A DNA stretch of 64,000 nt. Source: a virus. The notes under the pieces were generated by a model. It was not told the origin of the DNA, made no database searches, and worked only from the letters and a program-made list of their open reading frames with translations. Every line of letters begins with the position of its first letter. Position 1 is the first letter of the stretch. The stretch covers positions 1,848 through 65,847 of the IMG/VR virus record IMGVR_UViG_2806310403_000001; one strand, written 5' to 3'. Made by a program: the position numbers and the translations under genes. Of this stretch, positions 22,001 to 27,825 are shown in pieces.

Positions 22001-23139
22001 CTGACCCATTGCGCCTTCTGCGCGACGCTTACAAGATCCGATGGCGGCTGCATCGGCTGGCCCGCGGCAAAAGCTGCAGCGCCCATACCTTGGGGTGTTG
22101 CGGGCTGCTCGGACTCGTCGCCAGATGTGCTGCGGCGCGGGTCTATCATCCCTCGGTATCCCGCCGCGCCCGCACCCATCGCACTGCCGGTTAAGGTGCC
22201 CATCACAATGGCCGCGTCAACGTCCTCATGCCATGGCTTGTCCAGCGCGATGTTCTGCAATATCTGCTCAGAGACGGACTGCGGCAATTCTTCAAGCAGA
22301 CCTTCAGTGATCGCACCTTCAATGACCTGCCTTGAAATGCTCTTGGCTTGTTGCTGCACCAACGGATTAGCTGCCACCGCAGCAGCCTCATCCGCAAACT
22401 GCTTACGCACACCAGGAGAACCCTGCGCCACCATCGTGTCTACATCGCCGATGCCGAGGCGATTAGCCAGTCGTCCAGATGCAGCTCCAATGACACCCGT
22501 CAAAGCGCCCGTTCCAAGCGCTGCGGATGACTGTACAGGCGTCAGCAGGCCGTCATCGGTTTCTTGCCTGATCTGCTCTGCCGCGGCACCCGCTCCTGCC
22601 ACGCCTTCTCCAGCCGCGCCAGCCAGCGCGGCTCCTTTTGCCCCCATCTGACCCAAGCGCGTAGCAGTCATCAGCCCTCGCGCCGCAACACCGCCTGCGC
22701 CCATCGCGCCAAGAGACTCCCCGACTCCTTCGAGAATGATGCTAGGGTTCTCGATTGCAGCCTTCGCTTTACCAACGAACCCTTCGGCTTCGTCGAACTT
22801 TCGATGCGCCTCGCGAGACTGGTCGGACTTGATGTTCTCGTTGACGAACTGTTTCGCTTCCTTGAAACGCAAGCCTGCCTTGTCTTCCAGGAACTTGCCG
22901 GCGCGCCCGCCGGTGGGAATGTCGGCCAGGCCCACGACCAGTTCGGGGACGCTGATTGCGGCATTGAGCGCCGTTCCAGCTACGTCGCGGGCAAAGCCGG
23001 TGATGCCGCGGCCATCTGTTTCGATCCCCATCTCTGAATCTGAGAAGTACCGTTTTTGCGGCGCGGTTGACGGCGTTGAAGCGCCAATTCCCATCTCTTC
23101 ATCGCTGAAGTACTTCTTCGGAGTGTTCTGTTCGCTCAT
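13075..23139 (-). CDS. Giant polyvalent internal-virion/ejection protein (ParB-like, DUF3560-like, N6-adenine DNA methyltransferase, zincin MPTase, MuF-C/PBECR-like, PLxRFG)
   Basis: 3354 aa; motifs LKPTQ...IIDGHH (ParB-like), FFPT..LEPSAG.G and IIMNPPF (MTase), HELLH..EEALAD (zincin), YAPLSRFGRY (PLxRFG). Confidence 0.9.
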   Translation of the reverse strand: MSEQNTPKKYFSDEEMGIGASTPSTAPQKRYFSDSEMGIETDGRGITGFARDVAGTALNAAISVPELVVGLADIPTGGRAGKFLEDKAGLRFKEAKQFVNENIKSDQSREAHRKFDEAEGFVGKAKAAIENPSIILEGVGESLGAMGAGGVAARGLMTATRLGQMGAKGAALAGAAGEGVAGAGAAAEQIRQETDDGLLTPVQSSAALGTGALTGVIGAASGRLANRLGIGDVDTMVAQGSPGVRKQFADEAAAVAANPLVQQQAKSISRQVIEGAITEGLLEELPQSVSEQILQNIALDKPWHEDVDAAIVMGTLTGSAMGAGAAGYRGMIDPRRSTSGDESEQPATPQGMGAAAFAAGQPMQPPSDLVSVAQKAQWVRGWQDAAANALQLEDGNSVQPEAPQGPQGLDVGREDMTAGMTSELGAQPTLDGVDMAPREWDTGALRIADDRPLALPPPDSYTVEGDGFTTQVSRKKSEQMGLSPADGSLSAAAATAVDTGASDQVQQQAALAQAVEAAEDARPKGKQEGRKAAPEGVDAATGEVVGDPALVGMSDEQLSAAFQGAQDRSVRLQLAQELSRRRTEREEAALQAELRDELDAPDAPAGLDSGFARVSEDASAVPANINVSHGTQQPQGVPNGPQADQAIQGDPQPAQARAAQAKPEQGLTDGAALTANPGAQAAAPSSASAQAQGEGSEQRAQRLEIAGAAWTRMPAAERQELAKRIDAKPIVQRNLHSATWERLNGAIQQKLADAISPAAKEQPTDMQQFSAESGTLGVPRSVMPQVPTQSHGGLVRHLNAQGIDHETTMVDAASLKPTQAEYSPSKVQEAKTAIGDRAVIVSNDGHIIDGHHQAVAAAEDGRPVKAIVLDAPVAQALQAVKDSPSAQQMTTPEEPTAPAKKKPRGVLAKMAEAKARLASAESQASQTGATTEEEQKLGAAKADTPESAAELREPRSVPERLRARRSRVAEQERATEQAWTEKNLSERERLMKQAGVAGIFALKHAQKRWANIPQAVREKVAPMLQDDATKAFDAARADALETEQEVETNKRRSPEPAEQISMPQSKTPLTDLHVAMMERVRKGEASVEDFKKSFSQVNSQAEAIKSELAAKTKTQLLESIGPYFRARYANEKKATIIDASYREMIGEYALGQSFSYGIARDSYQKAVQRLVDAVDETRLQQFAQERKQALEESKARMAAQVEAIKNPQTLADFRSLMRHYIERGDTRQEAFMRLEPEQRIRYDELDAESTKAAREKAKANARTLGVGTAGQATTGSIVETKHTRDGYDLFVVQLGERVSREDYDTLNASAKRLGGWYSKFRGNGAVPGFQFKARELAQAFSKLVAGDAADAQAVAQARQDAFADDRSQSAVQRLRTMAQALDERAQQALDAPRKANTDRRARMAASAEAAARADKALAGTMNNLAKAIEDGRVKFLDAVRQKVQVELLARELRNAKDAQIRAKYPSYADQLKHQGEPVDAQTVDFADFPSYAAMRSDLASMARQMLEVDGLKKLGARLEKVADDVTEAYTDWAKENLSGISRFGRGDQLAEYASREAAERAIRKSGLVGRAIVLPVKRGQNRIVLAPGEAMKLGIWQGDGDKRISLSAEFGAELVQALGRRAGNKVAVPWALEASHDKRKRLEGMGIMTASEYRSALREFASLQEAMATPDKIKEMERSMIGRRDDGLDFFPTSEAVVDTMLEAAGIEPGMAVLEPSAGMGHIADAIRDKAGIEPDVVELSGERRDLLEAKGYRVVGDDFTALHPREGFTYGDVFRDTDGTLGVMRGSGGLGSERVGFQPLAADGQPDARNARWVDRDDLVGVEKRGTDSGYDRIIMNPPFSKGRDVEHVRHAYDLLRSGGRVVAIIGEGSFFRRSKAADEFRAWLDERGAVVESLPENSFMDPALPVNTAVNARLVVIEKPAGVDGSDDTAFSQSSQAVSDRMRAAAAIARDRLSAQGKRRIELQRQIEQAVQRIGRHLSVPVEVVATVADAREKYGKPGIPANIRGIAVGGKDVTLIAENLHSLAEAEFVLWHELLHIGLSRKVPKYGAAYSNMMHKLAQRNANLAQVAKEWREAFGAEMVQDLTDRGFGRVQALQRMHQLSVEEALADLAGANPNVGWIKQFLAELQRFIRNMGFSNLADWMEGATNAQALQVIAATRGAVVRQGNVSLFPQFGPAFQPSALAYSRESGPDSSIADAGRRAVGRWKASLEAAGKNAQAPEPSMLTPAVLRSMGAKASKLVLPRTYLRAILSKHPDVPEHVFENLPLLLADPLFIIPHKDGGLRVFVEAKTARSEPIAVGVSIDPGGRIHTVTPIHDHPDSTGQHRMARDVVNAKGRIYAKNNEALGKAIASARASAVAAPATFALRRDSISAASVVTREQIVKGIEAGRYGGDVAYSRASLSEIKTKALDQIHLTLSHPGKVSIWDKTVGTMRNLAERTPAFKPVFETAQRFLDDVSMLANDAADFAPRLVPRVDSLRDLAKKPVSSTDNKAVAKPLFEGTLMWGRDEDGSPALVDDLQKKYANLSAQEKGQMMLRAGRIDAGVLRMWQGLPTDRYESLIDSRFQSQVLKAGIVWSDAELKSLFKLNDQQVSLYREARAAIDRSIDVTARADMLRVLGEEFEALRDVVLDAPTLQDAMDLLTSTLHDEAKAREGESDRLMELYHAVVDRATKARELMDAGYAPLSRFGRYTVDVVDGDGERQYFGMYESKREANLAVIQMRQAFPRATIEQGTMSQEAYKLFSGITPESLELFGNMLGLSEEGGDARDKVFQEYLKLTKNNHSALKRLVHRKGIAGYSEDVGRVLSSFIYSNARQAAGGLNAGGMDKAINDIPKEQGELKDVAMGLRNYIRDPQEEGQAVRGMLFAQYLGGSVASAFVNMTQPFAVTMPWLSQYGGMHKAGAQLARALREMAGKGSYETDLANALKRAEEDGVVSPQEIHQLMAQARGTGSLRSGDGTRMGNARAAAANAWERTKVAWGQPFALAEQFNRRSTFIAAYRIAKDQKMADPAEFARQAVLETQFLYSKANKMRWARGAVGGTLMTFKTYSVSYLELMHRMWTQGGPEGKRAVAWAMAMLLLMGGAGGLPFMEDAEDLIDGAGQLMGYNISTKQWRKKALENVLGKEFAEFVDTGFSGIPGAPIDVSGRLGMGNLLPGTGLLLTKQSRERDLMEVVGPAGDLAARFFGASRKMLTGDLGGAALEMSPTAVRNAAKGADMAVSGMYKDTNGYKVIDTTLTEAISKAAGFQPRSVAQVQEANSFMQRSKSFYTQTSSEIRAQWADALFRKDDAALRRVRARLDAWNSNNPEQPIVIRMPDIWKRVREMGKDRTQRIADTSPKALRQQMQEMAREVG

Positions 23140-23146
23140 GCCCGCC

Positions 23147-23188
23147 AGCATCGCTGGGCGGGGGAGGAACGACAAACCCTATGCAGGG
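23147..23188 (-). promoter_or_regulatory. Late-promoter motif copy 2 (CCCTGCATAGGGTT-N22-GATGCT-N7-ATG)
   Basis: Directly upstream of the giant gene start 23139. Confidence 0.75.
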
Positions 23189-23213
23189 TTGTTGTCAGCT
23201 ACGATCTACACTC

Positions 23214-23480
23214 ATGAACAGACGTGACATTTCCCACAGAGCGGCTTTCGAGACGAATAGCTTGGCGCACAACAAGCTGCTCGCTGAGCGCACCGATCAG
23301 GTGGGTCGGGAAGCCCGTGCATACCTATACGAGATGGAGGTCAATAGGCAAGAGTCGGATGCAAAGCAACGAGATGCGCGCGAGATGGAAACACTGAAGT
23401 TGGCTCGGCGTGCCAATATGATCGCCATCATCTCAGTGGTCGTCGCTGTGCTCGCCTCCATCGTTGCCGCCTTCAAGTAG
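23214..23480 (+). CDS. Small protein with C-terminal transmembrane helix (moron)
   Basis: 88 aa ending IAIISVVVAVLASIVAAFK; opposite to late operon. Confidence 0.6.
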   Translation: MNRRDISHRAAFETNSLAHNKLLAERTDQVGREARAYLYEMEVNRQESDAKQRDAREMETLKLARRANMIAIISVVVAVLASIVAAFK

Positions 23481-23636
23481 CTCCCTTTGGGCCGTTTTCG
23501 CTACCTGCACAGCCAACGCAGCAAAGAGGGCTGGGTACTTTTGGAAGTGTTCGCCGTTAGCCTGCGCCCAGGCCAGGGCAATCTGACTAGCCAGTATCCC
23601 CGGCTCATCCGTTTGAGTGGTGTTCTGTTCGCTCAT
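23433..23636 (-). CDS. Small hypothetical protein starting MSEQNT (shared with the giant protein)
   Basis: Own copy of the late-promoter motif 35 nt upstream. Confidence 0.5.
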   Translation of the reverse strand: MSEQNTTQTDEPGILASQIALAWAQANGEHFQKYPALFAALAVQVAKTAQRELLEGGNDGGEHSDDH

Positions 23637-23642
23637 GCGGGC

Positions 23643-23684
23643 AGTGTCTTGCCTGCCCGATCAAGTGCCTAACCCTATGCGGGG
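23643..23684 (-). promoter_or_regulatory. Late-promoter motif copy 3 (CCCCGCATAGGGTT-N22-GACACT-N6-ATG)
   Basis: Same motif and spacing. Confidence 0.7.
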
Positions 23685-23702
23685 CTGGCTGGGCCACGAT
23701 GT

Positions 23703-24200
23703 TCATCTCATTAACTTTTTGAAACAGGATGATCTATGGCCACCCCAGCCCTCCAATTCAGTCAGTCGTTGACGCCATGCTTGCTGAGATGACGGGTCCA
23801 CTGGTACACCGGCTTGACCGGAAATACTGACCGCCATCATCGCTTTAGCAGCCATCTCGGAAGCATCGTCGGCGCCGCCTCGGCTCTGCAGTTCAGCCCG
23901 CGCAGTCTTCGCCACCTGGTCGCGTGCCTGCAACTCAGATTGAATCGATCGCTCAAACGATTGCAGAGCTGCAGCCCTTGTTACTTCATCAGGCCAACAA
24001 GCCCTAGTTGCCAAGGCGGCCGCCGCATCCAGCTTCTCGGAGTAAGCCTGCTCGCATAACCGCTTCGATTCAGCGGCCTCCGCAGGCGTGCGACTGCACA
24101 GCCAGTTTCGCAGCCAAACGCGCGGGTTCCACTTGTCAGGGATCGACCAACAAGCCTTCGCTGCGCCGGTGGTGGTGCTTGGAGTGTTCTGTTCAGTCAT
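23703..24200 (-). CDS. Hypothetical protein starting MTEQNTP
   Basis: 165-aa ORF with own promoter-motif copy. Confidence 0.5.
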   Translation of the reverse strand: MTEQNTPSTTTGAAKACWSIPDKWNPRVWLRNWLCSRTPAEAAESKRLCEQAYSEKLDAAAALATRACWPDEVTRAAALQSFERSIQSELQARDQVAKTARAELQSRGGADDASEMAAKAMMAVSISGQAGVPVDPSSQQAWRQRLTELEGWGGHRSSCFKKLMR

Positions 24201-24207
24201 ACCCCCA

Positions 24208-24249
24208 ATGCTGCCGAGATGTGGCGAAATGTCGCAGCCCTATGCAGGG
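24208..24249 (-). promoter_or_regulatory. Late-promoter motif copy 4 (CCCTGCATAGGGCT-N22-CAGCAT-N7-ATG)
   Basis: Same motif and spacing. Confidence 0.65.
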
Positions 24250-24266
24250 CAACTTCAAATGGGCGC

Positions 24267-24290
24267 AAAAAAGCCCGCTCTGGGCGGGCT
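24267..24290 (-). terminator. Rho-independent terminator after the YafO-like gene
   Basis: AGCCCGC-CCAGA-GCGGGCT followed by a T-run on the minus strand. Confidence 0.8.
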
Positions 24291-24738
24291 AACAAGAGCC
24301 AAAAATAAAATCTTCAGCAAGCTTTGCATAGCAGTTCATCCTATTCCTGTCCTCCTTATTTGTCATCATCAACATGTGATGCGCGCCTGGATCATCTGCT
24401 ATATCAATCAAAAGAAACCGATTATCTCCGTCTTGCACGTAGTGCAAGTAACGATCGCTTGTCCTCTTGGACGATGCCTTTTTTTCTTGGTATCGCCTAA
24501 ATTGCAGTTCCCACGCCAACCTTTTATGAGAATCGGTCGGGATAAGATGGCAGTGGCGCAGAACGTTCGGCTGGCCATTTACAGGCGGCTTAACAGTTCC
24601 TGAATCTTTACCAAATACCAGGGACTCGCACTCTCTTGATGGATCTGACTTCCACCAAGTGAACTGCCTGACAAGTTGCGCAACAGCGTCCTTAGACAGC
24701 TTTCCTTTAAGGTCGCTTGAGACCTCCACGAAGAGCAT
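24289..24738 (-). CDS. YafO-family toxin (mRNA interferase)
   Basis: FGKD...LRHCHL...RTSDRYLHYV...FLLIDI..DPGAH matches the YafO family pattern. Confidence 0.75.
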   Translation of the reverse strand: MLFVEVSSDLKGKLSKDAVAQLVRQFTWWKSDPSRECESLVFGKDSGTVKPPVNGQPNVLRHCHLIPTDSHKRLAWELQFRRYQEKKASSKRTSDRYLHYVQDGDNRFLLIDIADDPGAHHMLMMTNKEDRNRMNCYAKLAEDFIFGSC

Positions 24739-24749
24739 AAAATCAGCCT

Positions 24750-25358
24750 TCAGGCGCGACGAACCATGAAGGAGGAAGATGCCCCCTCCATCTCATCCAT
24801 CATGCGCTCCACGCCTAACGCCGCATCTTGCCCTTGTATTTCGCTGATTTGCTCGTGCAAATAGTTAGATGGCACAGTTTCAATAACATTTAAAACTGAT
24901 GCAAATGCATATTTCAACAACTCGATATTTTTTTTAATTATCAAGAGCCCAGGTATTTTTGATTCTAACGACCTGCGAACATCACGACTAGATGAGGAAT
25001 AACGCTGAACAGCACTATCAAATTCATCTTCCAGTTCAAGCAATCTGTCGAATATAGACTCAACGGCTGGCGCAATTGTTTTTCTAGAGGGTTGATCTAG
25101 ATTTATCAGAATAACTTCCAGCTTTCTTGTTTCCCTAACCGCTTCGATCCCTTGTTCCTCAAACCTGCGTTGCACCAATGTTCCTGCCGCCCTCTCGTTG
25201 ACTCCAGATAGGAGCCCCTGCACGTATGCAGACACGGCGGTGGTGACCTCCAGCGCCTGCTCAACAGGCGAAGCCGGTCCATGATCAATCACTGCGCTCA
25301 TTTCTTTGGTCAACTTTGGTAGAGGTTCATGCTCTCTTGGATCGAGCACTAGGTTCAT
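24750..25358 (-). CDS. Alpha-helical protein, probable cognate antitoxin/partner of the YafO-like toxin (start uncertain: 25421/25358/25301)
   Basis: AT-rich ORF ending 11 nt before the toxin start; not YafN/Phd-like in size. Confidence 0.55.
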   Translation of the reverse strand: MNLVLDPREHEPLPKLTKEMSAVIDHGPASPVEQALEVTTAVSAYVQGLLSGVNERAAGTLVQRRFEEQGIEAVRETRKLEVILINLDQPSRKTIAPAVESIFDRLLELEDEFDSAVQRYSSSSRDVRRSLESKIPGLLIIKKNIELLKYAFASVLNVIETVPSNYLHEQISEIQGQDAALGVERMMDEMEGASSSFMVRRA

Positions 25359-25506
25359 GGTAGCAGGCTTGCCAAATCTACGGAACAGAGCTGGTTCATA
25401 TCCGTCAGAATCATGCAACAATTAGTCACATGCAGATATCCCTGTCACCCTTCGACCCCCTTCGCTTCGGCATCCACCTGCCCTGACGCAGGAAAGGCGG
25501 CTGCGA

Positions 25507-25708
25507 TTTCTAAGCTGCCTGTGCGGCAGTGAACCTGCGATCTCGGTTCTGGAGCACGACATCAGTTTTCTGAGCTGCCTACGCGGCAGTGAACGCCCAA
25601 ATGCGCCACGTCGTGGCAGGCTCGCTTTTCTGAGCTGCCTACGCGGCAGTGAACGTGATCTACTTGACCTCATCGAGTCCTTGATGTTTCTGAGCTGCCT
25701 GTGCGGCA
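25507..25708 (-). CRISPR. Orphan type I-F mini-CRISPR array: 3 full 28-nt repeats, 1 5'-truncated repeat, 3 spacers of 32 nt
   Basis: Repeats at 25507-25534, 25567-25594, 25627-25654, 25687-25708 read GTTCACTGCCGC(G/A)(T/C)AGGCAGCT(C/T)AGAAA on minus (Csy4/Cas6f-type); period exactly 60 nt. Confidence 0.95.
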
Positions 25709-25732
25709 ACGGGTTGCGCGTGATAGGCTCTA

Positions 25733-25760
25733 GTTCACTGCCGCACAGGCAGCTCAGAAA
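25733..25760 (+). repeat. Solitary inverted type I-F CRISPR repeat (anti-repeat)
   Basis: GTTCACTGCCGCACAGGCAGCTCAGAAA on plus strand, opposite to the array; abuts the HEPN stop codon. Confidence 0.9.
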
Positions 25761-26150
25761 TCACTGAGACCTCACAATTGCCAAGAGTCTCGCAACATCC
25801 GCCACTGCCTGACGCGCGGCGACATCATCAACGCCGCTCATCTGCAGCAGGTAATCTGCATCAACACGTCTATTCTTAAGCCCTGCCAAGACAAAGCCAA
25901 TCTTACGAGAAGCCCTCTTTTGCTCTGCAGAGCACGCTTGATCAGGGCTCTTCAATCGATCGATCAACCGCTTGTGCGTGCCTCCTGATCCGCCCTCTCT
26001 ACCAACGGCCGGCAATGACGACTCATACTGAATGGAGGCGTGGTAACCACTGTAGTAGGCACGGCTAACACTTGATCGATGCGCTGTCTCTGATGGCTGT
26101 TTCGATAGCTCGATCGCCAAATCCAAGATCGTCTCAGGCGTTGTAGACAT
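25761..26150 (-). CDS. HEPN-domain protein
   Basis: RSSVSRAYYSGYH ... THKRLI ... LKNRRVDADY is the small-HEPN signature. Confidence 0.75.
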   Translation of the reverse strand: MSTTPETILDLAIELSKQPSETAHRSSVSRAYYSGYHASIQYESSLPAVGREGGSGGTHKRLIDRLKSPDQACSAEQKRASRKIGFVLAGLKNRRVDADYLLQMSGVDDVAARQAVADVARLLAIVRSQ

Positions 26151-26909
26151 TCAGTTGATCCCTGCAAAACCGACAGTGAGCCCATCCACATCCAGGCAGC
26201 GCTCGACGATCCTGTCAGCCAACTCCCACGTCATGCTCGACGCTTCATCAACGGATGCAGTCACACGGTACTCGATGTGCAACGCTCCTTGCTGCGTGTC
26301 GTCTTCAGTGCCTGGGGGGATGATGAATTGCATCATCCCGCGCGTGCGGTGATGCCCATGCTTTTCCAGCACAACCCCTGCTTCGTCAATGAGGCGGATG
26401 ATCTGTTCGTCAGATATCTGCAGCCGGTCCAGGATGGAAACGACTTTCATAGCGACTGGAATCATGGTTGCCCCCTTGATGGCGATGTTCTCAGCCTTCG
26501 CCTGTTCTACAAATCTCAACACCGCACGATGAGCACCAACCAGCATGAGCTGTTCAACAGAACGATGCAGTGGCCTAGTTGGGTGTGGAAATACATACCT
26601 TAGCATTTCGTGTGCCTTACTTGCTTGCAAGACCCTGGCGCTGAAGAAAAATTTGCCGTAGCCTGCTTCCTGTGCATGTCCGTTGGCCTCAATGTTGCCA
26701 ATCGTCCGAATGACAGCTTCGCGGTTGCCAAGAAGGCTTTCCAGGTCACAAGTAATCAGATCCGCCGACAAGGTGTCCGTTTTCCTCAATTTCTCGATTC
26801 CCTTGCGGATCAAACGCTCCTCAAACCTACTGACCTCATCCCGTTCCTGCAATGCGGTCAGCCGCTCGGCAAGACGGTCGGTTTCGTTTTGTGGAACAGG
26901 TGAGGACAT
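26151..26909 (-). CDS. Hypothetical protein, partner of the HEPN gene (helical N-half, alpha/beta C-terminus)
   Basis: 252-aa ORF whose stop abuts the HEPN start. Confidence 0.65.
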   Translation of the reverse strand: MSSPVPQNETDRLAERLTALQERDEVSRFEERLIRKGIEKLRKTDTLSADLITCDLESLLGNREAVIRTIGNIEANGHAQEAGYGKFFFSARVLQASKAHEMLRYVFPHPTRPLHRSVEQLMLVGAHRAVLRFVEQAKAENIAIKGATMIPVAMKVVSILDRLQISDEQIIRLIDEAGVVLEKHGHHRTRGMMQFIIPPGTEDDTQQGALHIEYRVTASVDEASSMTWELADRIVERCLDVDGLTVGFAGIN

Positions 26910-26967
26910 TTGAGTTGGGGGCTGAAGGAATGTTCTATCATAAATCATGCCATACACAATTTGTTGC

Positions 26968-27825
26968 ATGAAACGCCTTCTCCTCATAGCTGCTTTTGTC
27001 GCTCCTCTTTCCGGCTTCGCTGGGTCAGGGGCCAACTACGCAGAATGCCTGCTGGAGACGATGCCGGGCACCACCAACGCGCAAGGATTCGGTGCGGGCT
27101 TGCGGCTGTGCCAGCAAGCACACCCGGATGGCTACTTTGTCATCGAGCGTGGATCAGGGAAGGGCCTGTTCGGGCCAAAGTCAGGCGATGCCTGCACGGT
27201 GGCGAAGAGCCGCGGCACAACTTGGGCGCCTGCGGCGGCCGCAATCAATCAGGCTTGTCAGTGCCTGTATAGCGATGGTCGAAGTGCGGAACTGTGCGAC
27301 AACAGCGTACGCACGGCAGCACAACTGGTTGACCCGCTTGAGCACATCAAACGCCACGGCTATGACAATGTCCGCCGCGGCTCCGGCAATGAAACCGGCA
27401 CCATGTACAGCATCAACGAGAAGGCCGAACCGCGCCGCGTCTCAGAGCTGACGCACACAATTTCCCGGCTTGACCAAGCCAAAGGGGCAGCGGAGATTTG
27501 TACCTATTTCGGCAACCAGGGCATGGCCGCGTCGGGTGCAACGTCCTTGCGTTTGGCGGCATCAGGCTACCGTGGCGATGTGATCGCATGCTCATTGCAG
27601 TACACGGCAAAATCGGGAGAAAAAAGTCCTCAGATCATCTTCTATCGTGAAAATGGGAGTGAGATGTACATGTACACCGTCACTCCCATCCGCTACCTCA
27701 CAGATGAAGAGGCAGGTTTCTCCGGTAGCGCTCAATCTGAGCAAGGGAATAGGAGGGCGAATCCGGGCAGTCAGAAGCGGTACTACACAGATGAGGAGAT
27801 GGGGATACCGCCGACGCCGCCTTAA
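26968..27825 (+). CDS. Exported Cys-rich protein (VF_A0006-like four-cysteine domain), moron
   Basis: Signal peptide MKRLLLIAAFVAPLSGFA; ANYAECLL..MPG...C...C...C.CLY. Confidence 0.7.
   Translation: MKRLLLIAAFVAPLSGFAGSGANYAECLLETMPGTTNAQGFGAGLRLCQQAHPDGYFVIERGSGKGLFGPKSGDACTVAKSRGTTWAPAAAAINQACQCLYSDGRSAELCDNSVRTAAQLVDPLEHIKRHGYDNVRRGSGNETGTMYSINEKAEPRRVSELTHTISRLDQAKGAAEICTYFGNQGMAASGATSLRLAASGYRGDVIACSLQYTAKSGEKSPQIIFYRENGSEMYMYTVTPIRYLTDEEAGFSGSAQSEQGNRRANPGSQKRYYTDEEMGIPPTPP

Noticed and set aside
13105..22651. Many long plus-strand ORFs opposite the giant gene (and opposite portal, capsid, rdgC)
   Set aside because: Antisense shadows of GC-rich coding sequence with no motifs or RBS.
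25447..25506. Possible further degenerate repeat and spacer left of 25507
   Set aside because: Only CGGCA resembles the repeat; not supportable.
25535..25686. Spacer self-targeting within the window
   Set aside because: By eye only 8-10-nt matches (for example near 26830 and 40090) without a CC PAM; consistent with chance, although I could not search exhaustively.
25422..25709. 95-aa ORF with SLPRRQLR repeats
   Set aside because: Translation of the CRISPR repeats, not a gene.
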